The position numbers and the translations under genes are program-made. A stretch of 64,000 nt of DNA from the NCBI RefSeq assembly GCF_902652985.1, contig NC_047021.1, positions 30,132,001 to 30,196,000 on the forward strand, written 5' to 3'. The notes under the pieces are model-generated. The model was not told the origin of the DNA. It saw only the letters and a list, made by a program, of their open reading frames with translations, and searched no databases. Position 1 is the first letter of the stretch; each line of letters begins with the position of its first letter. This DNA is from Pecten maximus. Lineage: Eukaryota. Shown piece by piece: positions 25,901-40,900 of the stretch.

Positions 25901-28900
25901 TAGATACTGACCTGTTGTATAATGTTTCTATTGGTTAAAGGATATTTTGTATCGTAAAACACTTTTTCAGTTTGATAATGTAATTTCCTTACTCGACCGG
26001 CAATAAGCCCTGCTCAGCAATAAGCCCCTCTCCTTTCTATCAAGTCTTTTGGAACCAGGCTTACATTTGCCAATAAGCCCCCTACCTTCAAAATCCCTTT
26101 ATTTCCTTCGAGAGGTGGGGGGACTCTTATCAGTATATATGGTAGCTATAAGTAACCATTTCTGTTTTGGACTAATTGATGTCTAAATTTTTCTATATTT
26201 CCTTCTAGAGGTGGGGAACTCTATCAGTATATATGGTAGATATCAGTAACCATTTCTGTTTGTGACTAATTGATGTCTAAATTTTTCTATAAGGATTGTG
26301 ATCTCGGGGACTTACCAATGTCCATCGACCTCCTCAAACAGCTTGCCCTCTACTGGGATCTGGTTTCTAATGTCCTGTGAGCCAAAGATTGGCTCCAGAT
26401 ACAACCACGCAGCCTGCACCTTGAGCCACGAATCTAGAATGTCTTTCATACGATGCTGTAACATATAAGAATCAAAGAGGTTAAGTCACGGGACAATTCT
26501 GGTGTCTACACAGGAATGGTTGTACAGCTGGGAGGAGACAGTACTGTATTTCTCCGACAATAAGCCCATATCCAGAAATGAAGAAATAAGCCCACATATA
26601 TATTTTACATAAAATGTAATTTCATTTTTCTGTGTATTAAGCCAGCTCCCTGACTTTGTGTCAAAGATATATATAGTAGCTCTGATAATCCATTGTCCAA
26701 AATAAGGATATTTGGATTAAACAAACAGCTTATGTTAATTTGTATGTCCAATTATAAGAAAAATAAACTTACAAGTCGGATATCCCATTCATTGATCTGT
26801 GTTTCAAACGGACCTATGAATGGGGATCCTTTCATGGTTGTTGTCTTGACGATGTGATCGTCAAGGAGAACCTGTATTTCGTCTGGTGCAGAAAGTATAT
26901 TTATTCCTGAATCTTTGTAGGGAACAAAGCCGAAATGCATATTCTCCCAATCATCCTTCATCTTAGTCAGAGCCTGCAAAAACAAATCAACGACCATTAT
27001 AGGGGCATTCACTGAACGTTTTATTTATGCTAGCATGATCACTTGTCATACTATACAACACAGGTAAATATCATCTACACAAATTATGAAGACCTTCCAA
27101 ATGAAAACCATTTTTTTTCAACAGGTTTTTTCAGTAACATCTTGTCCTTCTCAAATAGGTATAATTATGTGTTCAAATAAATTACTTATAAAATATATCT
27201 CCTTAACAGTTCTGTTGTAGTCAACATTTGAAAAAAAACAAAACAATGGCAGTTCTAGTTTTGGTGTACCTTTTCGAGGGCAAACTCTTTGCTGGCTTGT
27301 GAGCTGATTTCCATCAGCACATCAAGGTATTTATCCAGCTCCATCTGTAGAACCTCCATAAGAGGTGTTTCCTCTGATGGTGCCATGTTAAACCCAACCT
27401 AGGGTATCAACAGTACATAAAATATCATAAAACATTTACATTTTAAACATCATTTTAAACATCAAAATATCCAACTTTTCCTGAAATCTTCCCTGCATTG
27501 TGGTTTTGCATTACATAAGGTAAATTGTTCCAATTTAATATTTTAAACACATTTACAGTAAAAACCTGAAATTTGAATATTGCCAAATTGCTGACAAATA
27601 AATTCAAACATGAACTTTATTGGTTGCTATACACATATATCTAAGATTATCATTTCAGATTGCTGATATTCATAATTGACAGATTTTGTTGGAGCCCAGT
27701 ACCTTCTCATTCATCATGTCCCAGTGGCGTTTCTTGATTCCAGGATTGCACAGGGCATTGATCAGGGGCATGTTGATTTTGAACTTTTCAAGCTTTGATT
27801 TGATAGAGATTGAAGCTCTCATTGGTCCCTTGAAATCTGGGTGAGCGAACTGCTTGGTGAGTTTGTAGGCAGTTCTCCATAATGTTTGTACCTAGTGACA
27901 TAGAAGTGTTTATAGTCAAAATTGTATTACATTTTTTTTTAAATTAATTTTTTAAAATTCTCAAAAGAAATAACAATTGTGTTACAAGATGCACTGAAGG
28001 AAATCCATTAGACACAAAATAAACATTGCATTGAAAAAAAAGGATTTTCTTCTCACTTTTTTAATGATTTTCACACTTTTTTATCATTTGATTTTAATGA
28101 CAATTGGCAATAACAAACCTCTTCCTCCACGACCTCAGCGTTGACCTCAAGGAGAGGCCCATTCATCCATTTATCATGTTCCTTATGGAAGGTGACCGCA
28201 GTGTTCCAGAGCTTCTCGTATGGCTCGCGGGCCACCATGATGTCCTGTATCTGATTGTATGGTGTAACAGTCTCCAGTTCCAACAACTGTTCCTCGCGGT
28301 TAATCTTCGCTTTCTGCCCGAACATAAAATACAAAGAGCATGAAAACCGAAATTTTCATTTTTGATGATTTTTGTATTTTGTTTTCGGAGAGCAGGCGAA
28401 TATCAATCGTAGGATGATGGGATGAAATGTATGATGTTCCACTCATTGGTTAGAGAGTGAAAATGTTAATAAACAGACAATGACAGACAACAGTACACTA
28501 AAACATATGTTTGCTACCACAAAGGGTGTAAATATAAGTTGAATCTATTTCTGAAAAAAAAAGATGTTGCCATAACATAGCAACGATGAACACTGCTCCA
28601 GATTACAAATATTTATGTGATTATTTTCAGTGTAAAATTTGGTGATGAATTCAGAGACATTACAGATAATTCTAAATGGCCAGGGGATATCCAACAGCAC
28701 AAAAAAGTATACCTAACATTTTTATCACAATGGTTAAAGGGTCACAACTCTATATAGTGTAGAACAAGTCCATATTTTTACAAAAGACAATACCTTGACA
28801 TCCAAAAAGATCTTTTTTGACAATTTTGTTAAATGTAAATGACAGTGCATACATTAAATCTAACTAAAGGGAATGAGGAATTTGGGGTCTCAAGATATCA

Positions 28901-31900
28901 ATATGGATTGTGTCCAGCACCTTCAACTCTAACCAATTAAAAACAAATTAAACAATTAAATATTACATAAGTAAAATTAGTTGAGGATCAAGCTACACAA
29001 CACCAAACAAATAATTTTTCCTAGTTTAACCTTAGAAAGGATATTTGTGTTAGTACTAATTAACTCCACTGTCTAACCTCCTCCAGGAACCCCTCAAGTC
29101 GCTGTTCTATATCTCGGAGGTCCTGTACATAATTCTCCGCCTCCGACATTCGGTCTCGGTGAGCAAAACTTGCCACCTGTTTGGCAGTCTCATCCAACTG
29201 ATTTTGGAAATTCTTCTTTTTGTCACGTAACTTTTGGCAATAAATATCATGTTCTCGCTGGAGTTTGTTTTCACTGAAAGGAAACATCAACATGATGATT
29301 AAGTTAATTCATTCAGAAATGCTTTGTCATCACTTATTGCTTTTAAATGCGTCAATATTTAATTTAGAAATAACAGCTAAACTCAGCTCAACTCACCTTA
29401 ACTTTGTATATAAGTACAGCAAATTGTATGAAATTCTTGTTATTGGTCATCATTTTCTGACTATGACTTGCATAATGATTGACCTTGATCTCTGACACTG
29501 ACATTGTGCTGGTGGTGATAATTGTTATTGTTAATGAATTATTAATTTAATTATTCATAAACTCTGATGCTGACTTCTATAATGAATAGGCCTTGATCTA
29601 TGACCCTGAATTACATGATGAATGACCTTGACCTCTGACCCCGACTTACGTGTTGGTTATGATTGGGACAATACGATCGGCCCAGGAGAAGGTACTGTTG
29701 TTGAGGATGATGTCATCTTTGGGTAGATATGTATACTCCAACAGAAACATCAGGTTACCAGCTGCTACCTCCTGTTTGTCCTGAAATATGAAATTGATTC
29801 TTCTTATTACTCGGTGGCCGGATATAGTAATATCACACAGGATTATAACTTCTAATACTTCTAATCTACACTTTAGGTACTTTGTACTGAAATATCATTT
29901 GTTACCCTTTTTTTCGTTAATATGTATTCTTGTTAAATTTGAACAATGCAGTTGATAAAATATTCAAAAGCGTGACTTTTTGTACATTTTCTTAAGAATG
30001 AATACTGTCAAGATTTGACAATTTGTGCATTTTCTTAAGAATGACTACTGTCAAGATTTGACAATTTGTGCATTTTCTTAAGAATGAATTCATCATGATT
30101 TAACAAACAGACCTTGAGCTCTAGAAGCTCCCCACACTTGAGACTGTCCACATAGTTCTTCAGTTTGACGAGTTCTTCTGTGTTCTCCGCCTGCATGGCC
30201 ACACTCTTGACGATTGTGTCGTACTGTTTACATATACCACGGTTAAATTTGTGACTGGTGTCCATGATATTGGTCACTAGAATCTCTATTAGGTACCGGG
30301 CTCTGTCAATCAGCCACTGAAAAGATTGTACAAAAGACACGCATTAAGATATCAGCACCTCAAAACTAACTAAACTCACTGTATCACACAGCTTTTCCAT
30401 ACTTATATAGGACTTGTCAACGGATCGGGAGGTGAAAACATAACCATCACTTATACAATAGAGGTGGGAATATAACTGGAAATGATGTTTTGTCATTATT
30501 ACAAAATGTTTATTTAAATTGTTAACAACATGGATTGCAAGTCCTTTCATTTGTATTTGTAGTAGTTGGTGACAACCTTACTGAACAACATAAAGGGTTG
30601 CCCATCACATGCCATCCAGAGTAATTAGGGTGACTTGCCCAAGGATACAACCGCAACAGCACAGACAGACCCACTTCTCAGCTTCCCGAGACACACAAAC
30701 TGACTTGGGTAGGGAGCATCAAACCATGACATCACAGACCAACCCACTTCTCAGCTTCCCGAGACACACAAACTGACTTGGGTAGGGAGCGTCGGACCAC
30801 GCACCTCGGATCTTCACCCGAGACTACATGGCCAGTGTTCTGACCAACTGAGCTACCACATCCCCTACTCAGCTAGGTTCATATACAAAGAATTATGTTT
30901 CATTTGGAACCAAACCAGGTAGTCTTTATAGACAGTTTTTATAGAGGTGGTCTTTACAAACAGGTTTTAAAATAAAGGTGGCCTTTATAGAGAGGTTTTT
31001 GTTATATAGAGGTGGTTTTTGGTGCAGGTGTCCCTAGACCCAGTGGACAATTACCTTATTGATGTGGTTGCAGTCAAGAAGGAAGAAATGCATTGGTATG
31101 AACACAGGAAGAGATCCGATCTCCGATGCCTTTTTCTTCAACGTCTCAATCTCTTTGACATATTCCCTTAGGGGTCGTTCACGACCAACAAACTTCTGTA
31201 TTTTCTGTACCATTTCCACTGACAACAGGTACTTGTAGGGTTCGTACACGGCCTTGTAGCTGTAATGGTAGTGATCAGACTTCTGTTTATATTGGACAGG
31301 CATTTTTTGGGAAAGGATTTGGATACTATACCAGATGCAAAACCTATGCATTTCCTCACCAGTCAGAAATTTAAAAATTCCAAAATCAACAGTGATTAAA
31401 AAGCAGAGTTTCTAGACATTCTCTGTTAAGTTGGAAACTGTCTGCTGAAATAGTGATCATTGCAGAAATAATTCTGTGAAATTAAATTTCATAAATTGCT
31501 GCCATACTAGTTTCATTCTTAAAGCAAAAATCATGGCCCGACAATTTATAGAAGCAAAAATCTTGTTGTTCCAAATTTAATATTTTTTAAGACAAAATCA
31601 AGTAAGAGAACACATTTGTATTATACATAGAATATTTGAAAAAGCCTTAAACCTTGTTGGTCCGAACTCATTTGCCTTGATTACTGTCCGAATCCTCTCC
31701 TTTGATGTGACCACAATCTCCTCTTCTATTAAAACCGTAGAGATGGTTTGATTTTCGGGATCCTCATATGCCTGGAATAGCAGGTTGTTGATGCAGGGAA
31801 GTTCCTGTACGCTGGTCACCATAAGGTCAATGATGAGACAGAAAAAGTCACATACATCTGGGAATGGTGGCTTGAACTTCAGACTAGCCTTGGCCTCATC

Positions 31901-34900
31901 TTCCTCCTGTTGTGTTAGAGGGGTCCATAATTATATCAAATTCTACACAGCAATTTGTTTTCAATGTGGTTATTATTAGAATATTAACCATGACACATTT
32001 TCCCATACCATTTAAATTTTTATGCTAAAAATGTTCTGTTAACATGAAGAAAATTTGATTGGGTGCATTTTTCATTACCATGATGAATTTGATGGGATCC
32101 ATTTTTCCTTTCCCACAAATGAAAGGTGACTGGATCATTTTGATAGGATACAATTTTCCCACACCAAGGATTCAAGCTTGATGAGTTGAATTTCCCTTAC
32201 CATGAAGAACTTGACAGGATGCATTTTCTGAGGCAGGGCCAGGCCCTCCATGATGTTGTATACACCCTCATACTTGTTTCCCTCATAATACTCCTCCACA
32301 AGGTCAACGAGGTCAAGGATGGAGTTTTTCACACAGGACCTCAGCAGATTGGACATCAGAGAAGATACACTTGCAAAAAAGTGGTCCATCTTCACCATCC
32401 GTAGACCCTATAAACACGACAGCCATAACTGTAATTATTTCTGAGACATATCCTGATTTTAAAATAATTTCAAAACTTTGCAGAAGTTGGTCTCCTTTTC
32501 TACAATTTTCTCTGTTATATTTCTTATGTTTAAGATTATCAAGACATTCAGGGATCTGATTTGTTCGATATCTCAATATGTATGTACCGGATCATCCTGA
32601 GGCATCCATTTTTCCACGTCATCCCGTCGACTATCCACCATGTCACAACATTCTTGTAGCCACTGCTTGCGTAACAAATCAGCCCCTGCACTGCTCGAGT
32701 TCTGCACATGCTTCAAGAACGTTTCCATGGTTACTGGCATAATCTGTTTCAGTGCTGGCAGATCAATCAGTCGGAACATTCCATATCTATTAAAGGGAGA
32801 CAACTCAATTCAATTGTATTAGTCTTAATTAGATTTTGTAAATTGCATTAATTTTATCTGTGTTCTTATTGCTTAAATAAAATTCTATGACATATCTTCC
32901 AATAAAAAACCAATCAGTTTATAGAAACATTTTTTTTTAAAACACTGAATTCTTTGTTTGCTCATTTTGTTGAATTTCTTAACAGATAACCAATATGTCA
33001 AGTGAATAATCCTTAGTTCGAACAAGCTTTATATATAACCTACATTTTACAGTTTTTCTATAAAACATGAACACTATAAACAATTATAATAGTTATGATA
33101 TTGTTGTTTTTCAGTCTGTTTTTATCAATACTAAATCCTGTACTGATGAAGAAATGACATGATAGTTACTTAGACTCAAAGTGGTAGAGGATGTTGTACA
33201 TTATTGGGTGTGTAATGTACAAATCTCTGGTCATGAAATCTCGTCGCTCTAGGACTGTCTGATGCCAGGGAAACACCTCTCTGCCTGCAGAGTTAGATGG
33301 CTGTAATATAGAATGTGGTCATTCCTTAAATGAAGGTAACAGCATTATAAAATCTGAAATTTTCTTTTAAAGTGATCAGAATTAATTCAAATACCAAAAT
33401 AAGAAATCAACAAGTATACATTCCCTTACTGAGAAGTTGAAAGTATTATTACTCTCCACATCAAGAAATTGGTAAAACTGCTTTCTCTTACCGAAAGACA
33501 ATATACCAAGTTCAATTTCTGAACATTAATAATTTGACATTTTCTGTTTATATTCTCCTCACCAGAAACTTAATGTATTTATTTATGCCCTATGTATACA
33601 GAGTTTATTGGTGAGGGAATACCTACTTTCTCTGGCATCCAGACACCAAGTCTCTCCTGTTCTTTATGATCCAACAGGATATAGTCCAGAATGGCTTTCT
33701 TTATGGCATACTTCCTGTCCTCGTCCATCTCCTGAAAAGTTAAAAAATAGTATAACAGAATGGTGTACACTAGTCACGTATATCTTAATGTTGGATAACA
33801 TAAGATTACATCAGATTCTTAACTAGGCATCTGTTATTGTTCAAAACATCATATCTCCACTTCACCAATTGCAAACAGAAAAGATGTTTATATGTTTAAG
33901 ATTTCATCAAAATATCTTTAAAACTTCAAAAGTTATGCACAAAGCAAGATTGTATTAAAAATTTTGCACTTGACATCTGACTTTGAAATGAAGGACACAG
34001 TGACCAAATCTTAGTACACCGCACAGCATCATTTATAGATATCTTAAATGGTTTTAAAGTCGTGCCCCAGACAGGATTGTATTAGAATGACAGGGACGAC
34101 AGGAAGCAACAGTCTGAGGGTTTGACGTAATAACAGAAAAGTCGACAATGGATCTAGACTGGTTACCTTGAGGAATTGTTTACAAGCGGCCGGTACGGAC
34201 ATACGAAGCTCCTTCGGGACAAAGTTGTAGATACCCTGGATGGTCTCCTTGGATACAGGTGAGACCATGTATGAGTCTATAGCCTTGTCTACCAACTGGT
34301 AGTATCTGAAGGAAGGAAATATTTGATGTAGGGACACCTGTCCATCATTTTATATACATACTAGAGATTTTATTACAAAATACAAGACAACTACAATAGA
34401 ATGTATCGTTACCAACATACCTCGGTTTGTCATCCTCTGTGGGGGTACAGGGCCGTGACAACCCATGGGTGGAGTAGTAAAATGGCGGGAAAACGACCTT
34501 CAGGACTGACAAGGTCATGTCATCATATCCTGTTGCCAATCGCAACTCGTCATCATCAACTCCACCCGAGTCATCATCTGATTCATCCTCTACAATTATA
34601 AAATGGTTTTTGTGATGTTGCATAATCATTTGACATTTTCTATGTGAAATTAAGGACCTTATTTTTTTGTAAAAGTTCATGAATTGTGTTGAGAAATCCA
34701 TAAAGTAATTATTGTAAGTGATCAAATGTCTTGTAGGCTATAAGAGTTATTGCCCCTTTTACTCTAAGCTACGTATAGTTGTGAGAACATTAGATCTGAA
34801 CCATGTCATCATAGAAGACAGAACAGATGAGGGAAGTAGAGGGCAAAGACAGAGAGGGTGTGGAAATGAGAGGGAGAGAGAAGGATGAGTAAGGTTAAGA

Positions 34901-37900
34901 AAAGATTGATGTACATGGTAGTGTAGGGGGTTGGGAAGGAGAAAGGAGTTTGTCAGAGGGTGATAAGTTTTAGGGTGTGGTAGGGATAATGGGACATGTT
35001 CTGACCTCGTATGTGATGTGATGAGAATGATCTGTACAGTTTTAGGGTGTGGTAGGGATGATGGGACATGTTCTGACCTTGTATGTGATGTGAAGAGATG
35101 GAGAGGATCTGTACAGTTTTAGGGTGTGGTAGGGATGAGGGGACGAGTTCTGACCTTGTATGTGATGTGAAGAGATGGAGAGGATCTGTACAGTTTTAGG
35201 GTGTGTTAGGGATGAGGGGACGAGTTCTGACCTCGTATGTGATGTGAAGAGATGGAGAGGATCTGTACAGTTTTAGGGTGTGTTAGGGATGAGGGGACGA
35301 GTTCTGACCTTGTATGTGATGTGAAGAGATGGAGAGGATCTGTATAGTTTTAGAGTGTGTTAGGGATGAGGGGACGAGTTCTGACCTCGTATGTGATGTG
35401 AAGAGATGGAGAGGATCTGTGCAGTTTTAGGGAGTGGTAGGGATGAGGGGTCATGTTCTGACCTCGTATGTGATGTGAAGAGATGGAGAGGATCTGTACA
35501 GTTTTAGGGTGTGGTAGGGATGAGGGGACATGTTCTGACCTTGTATGTGATGTGAAGAGATGGAGAGGATCTGTACAGTTTTAGGGTGTGGTAGGGATGA
35601 GGGGACATGTTCTGACCTTGTATGTGATGTGAAGAGATGGAGAGGATCTGTACAGTTTTAGGGTGTGTTAGGGATGAGGGGACGAGTTCTGACCTTGTAT
35701 GTGATGTGAAGAGATGGAGAGGATCTGTACAGTTTTAGGGTGTGGTGGGGATAATGGGACATGTTCTGACCTTGTAGGTGATGTGAAGAGACGGAGAGGA
35801 TCTCGACAGCTTTAGCGAGAGGTAGGGAAGGGGTAAAGGAAGGGGTTCTGACCTTGTAGGTGATGTGAAGAGAATGATCTGGACAGTTTTAGGGTGTGTT
35901 AGGGATGATGGGACATGTTCTGACCTTGTAGGTGATGTGAAGAGAATGATCTGGACAGTTTTAGGGTGTGTTAGGGATGATGGGACATGTTCTGACCTTG
36001 TAGGTGATGTGAAGAGAATGATCTGGACAGTTTTAGGGTGTGTTAGGGATGAGTTCTGACCTTGTAGGTGATGTGAAGAGAATGATCTGGACAGTTTTAG
36101 AGTGTGTTAAGGATGAAGGGACGAGTTCTGACCTCGTATGTGATGTGAAGAGAATGGTCACAACAGTTTTAGGGTGTGTTAGGGATGATGGGACGAGTTC
36201 TGACCTTGAGACTGATCCTCCTGAAGTACTGGCATGTCATGTATAAATGGGGGAGAAGAAGGACGGCCACTGTCCACACTGTCATCAACACTGACAGAAC
36301 TAAACCGGGTCGTCTCCTCTCCACGAGCTCCGCCGGAACTGCTGGTGTGGTGATGGGAACTTCCTGTGTAGCTCTGAGACAGGGTCCCTGGAATAAAATA
36401 GATTAAAACATCAATATCACTATATATCTCCTGATTGGACCAGTTTTTCAAGCATATACCATATCAATGCTGTTTGTAAGATGTGTGTTTCAAATAATGG
36501 GTGACAAATTGTTACTTGACAAATCGAAAAATAGCCGAATGAAAGTTGACATCTATGCTGACTGATGGACAGTTGAGCATCTAACTCTACGGAAATATAA
36601 ATATGATGTTCGTGGATGATTTCTTTTTTTAAATTGTACATGATGGAAAACTGTTTTTATGTTTTCTTTCAAATACTAGGGGTTCATCATTATTTCTATT
36701 ATTTAGTATAAAACTAGAAAAGCCTGTGGTTAGTAATTCTACTGACCAGAAATATATATGGGTGGGCTTATTACCAGGCAAGGGCTTATTACCCCATAAA
36801 TATTGTAAAGTATCATGCATTTGTTGGTATTTCTTAAGGGCCACAATACATATGGGTGGGCTTTGTTATACTTGGCATGGACTTGTAGACAAATACAGTA
36901 ACATGTTATATGGTAACAGAGGTATTGAGATGGACTCTCAGGAAATGATTGATAAATACGGTAATATGTTGTATGGTAACAGACTATTGAGATGGACACT
37001 CAGGAAATGATTGATAAATACGGTAATATGTTGTATGGTAACAGAGGTATTGAGATGGACACTCGGGAAATGATTGATAAATACGGTAATATGTTGTATG
37101 GTAACAGAGGTATTGAGATGGACACTCAGGAAATGATTGATAAATACGGTAATATGTTGTATGGTAACAGAGGTATTGAGATGGACACTCGGGAAATGAT
37201 TGATAAATACGGTAATATGTTGTATGGTAACAGACTTTTGAGATGGACACTCGGGAAATGATTGATAATTACGGTAATATGTTGTATGGTAACAGAGGAA
37301 TTGAGATGGACACTCGGGACATGATTGATAAATACGGTAATCAATAAAATATAACAATACAAAACAGAAAAAGAAAGTTGTTTGCAGGATCAGGCAGCCC
37401 CGACAGAGAGAAATGATTAATACTATGGCTGGAGGCAATGTTGATCTCCCATATTGGATCAGTATGTTGGATAGAATGCTTTCAAATTTAAAATGGTTAA
37501 AAGATTTAAACAAGCTAGAGTGGAATATTTAAAGTCTATTAATCTTAAATGGTTTAAAAGGTTTTTCTGTAACCTAATTCCCAAAGAAAACATGGGATTA
37601 AGTCCAACACCGACCAGTTGTAAACACAGTAGAATACAGGTTAACTAGGATCACAGCAGTCAAGTCTAAGATCGACATACCAAACTAATGGTCTTATCAC
37701 ACGGGTACCTCTAACAAAGCATATAATCCAGGAAAAAATATGTGGTACGCATCAACAAGAGTATCATGTACAAGGCAATGCCATAAGTGCTCTCTTTCCC
37801 TGGTAAAGTAACATACAGTCTTGTATCAAAAGTTAAGAAATGTATTAAGAAGAATTTTTAAATCAAAATTCTGCTAGACCTCACCAATAAAACTTTGTGT

Positions 37901-40900
37901 TCAATATTTGGTTTTTAAAAGTACTTGAAAGGTATATTGTACTTTACTTAACCATTTCATCACTGAGCAAGGTCATGAAGTAGCTGGAAGTAGTTTAAAC
38001 CATAAAGTACACTCCTTTGTTTTTACACCGCCAACACAAATGTGCCAAAAATATACTTAGATATAGTAATACTTTAATCAGTACTTAAATAGTAAGTCTA
38101 GGCTCCCTTCTCAGTGAACTCTCAAAATAAACTTCTAAGTCTGATTAACTGCGGAACACAATTGTTTATAATTTCTTGTGATATTGTTAGCTGAAATATT
38201 TCATCAAATAATGCTGAGGGGCTTAGTATGACATAGCCCCAGTTTCATCATTTAAAAAAAAGGGGGGGGGAAATATATATATAATTATATGAAAGCATTA
38301 TTTGATTTAAGAAAAAAGACTTGATTAAGAAATTTTCCATAAGTTTTCGGAAATTGATGAATCTGAAGGGTCAAGACAAGCCTTGCAGTGATTAGTTATG
38401 GTCCAGACAAGCATTGCAGTAATAATAAAATATGACCTCTAATCTATTGCTGTGACCTTGACTTTGTGGTTATGTACCTTGTGTGGTGAACAATACTGTC
38501 GATCATTACATAAACCTGGGAGGAATTATCAATTAAGTGCTATTAAAAGTTTATATTAAAAGTAATTGGTCCAAATGATATCGCGAAATAGATGAACAGA
38601 AAAACTTCCCATGCAAGGGAGATAATAAACAAAGAATACAGTTGGTTATATAACATTATCCCAGTAACAATAACATTGTATTTATGATCTGTTTGTTCAG
38701 ATATCAAATATCTTGTAACATTATCAGAATTATGAGATCATTTCCCAAAGGTACACAATGCCATTATCTGATAATTGATTTTTCCCAACACCTGTGTAAT
38801 CCTAAATAGTTCTTTGTACCTCAGATTAATGAGTTTTATATAGAGGAATAATTCTAACTCTCAAAAATTGATTGTAATGATAGCAGGTGCCATGTAGATC
38901 TGCACAACATTGCCTTAATTATCTAGTCATCAAAAAATGTGTAACAAATTATAAATCTTTAAATCATTTAAATATTTAACAGGCAGAAATGCTATTAAAT
39001 TGTAAGTAAAATTTTGAAACTTCTATCCTATAAAGGAATGCATGGAAAGGCACTTTCTTTTCCTTTTCTCTAATTCTTGCTTGATTTTTTTTAATTTGAT
39101 TTATTTGTTGTTTTTTTGCTATAGCAATCAGCTGAACAATTGTTTTTATGAATACCTTGACAATTTGCATGAATCATACATGAAAGATAGGATAAAGGTA
39201 TGTAATCAAATAATTAAAGTAGGAAATTAATCTTTATTTTATTAACTGACACAGTGCTGTATATCTACAGTTTTAAACATTTCAGAATTATATACCTGGT
39301 AGCCATTGGAGACCTCAGATCATAGTCCTTCACAACAAATATTGACATTTCACTTTTTCACCTGGTTAAAGAATGACCTCTATTATCAGAATTCTGTTAG
39401 CTTACTTTCTCTTAAACACAATCCAAATCAATACCTAATACATCTTACTGAATTTATAAAACTGGATTTGTAACAGACTTGATTTGAAATTTTCATGAAT
39501 TTTAGTTCAGGATTTAAAGAAAATACTTATTGTGGGATTTTAATAAAAAGAATTTACATAAAAGACAAGTTTTAAATAGAAGCTAACCATGTTGTACAAA
39601 CGGAAGGGTGTCTATGCAGAGTGTTGAATTATGACTGTTATAAATAGCTAATACATACCTGTGTGAATAGGCTTATTACCTTATACTATATCAACATACA
39701 GGTGGGGGAATAGCTCATAAACTGATAGGCCTTCAGTTCATATTGGAAATATGATGACATGAGTATTTATATTGGTAGATATAGTGAGTTACTGCATCTG
39801 TGTGTTCCATTACAAAGACAATTACAGTTCGTCCTTCAGGTATTGAGTGAAACCTCTGGTCACCAGGAATCAGCAGTAACATAGTTCGTAGTTACACACA
39901 GTACCCCTCACCTCACCCACACTGTCCACCTCACCCACACTGTCCACCTCGCCCACACTGTCCACCTCGCCCACACTGTCCACCTCGCCCACACTGTCCA
40001 CCTCGCCCACACTGTCCACCTCGCCCACACTGTCCACCTTGCCCACACTGTCCACCTCGCCCACACTGTCCACCTCGCCCACACTTTCCACCTCGCCCAC
40101 ACCAACTCACCCACACTGTCCACCTCACCCACACTGTCCACCTCACCCACACTGTCCACCTCACCCACACCAACTCACCCACACTGTCCACCTCACCCAC
40201 ACCACCACCTCACCCACACTGTCCACCTCACCCACACTGTCCACCTCACCCACACTGTCCACCTCACCCACACTGTCCACCTCACCCACTGTCCACCTCA
40301 CCCACACTGTCCACCTCACCCACACTGTCCACCTCACCCACACCACCACCTCACCCACACTGTCCACCTCACCCACACTGTCCACCTCACCCACATCACC
40401 TCGCCCACACTGTCCACCTCACCCACACTGTCCACCTCACCCACACTGTCCACCTCACCCACACTGTCCACCTCACTCACACCACCTCACCCACACTGTC
40501 CACCTCACCCACATCACCTCGCCCACACTGTCCACCTCACCCACACTGTCCACCTCACCCACATCACCTCGCCCACACTGTCCACCTCACCCACACTGTC
40601 CACCTCACCCACACTGTCCACCTCACCCACACTGTCCACCTCACCCACACTGTCCACCTCACTCACCACCTCACCCACTGTCCACTCACCCACACTGTCC
40701 ACCTCACTCACATCACCTCGCCCACACTGTCCACCTCACCCCACACTGTCCACCTCACCCACACTGTCCACCTCACTCACACCACCTCACCCACACTGTC
40801 CACCCTCACCCACACTGTCCACCTCACTCACACCACCTCACCCACACTGTCCACCTCACCCACATCACCTCGCCCACACTGTCCACCTCACCCACACTGT

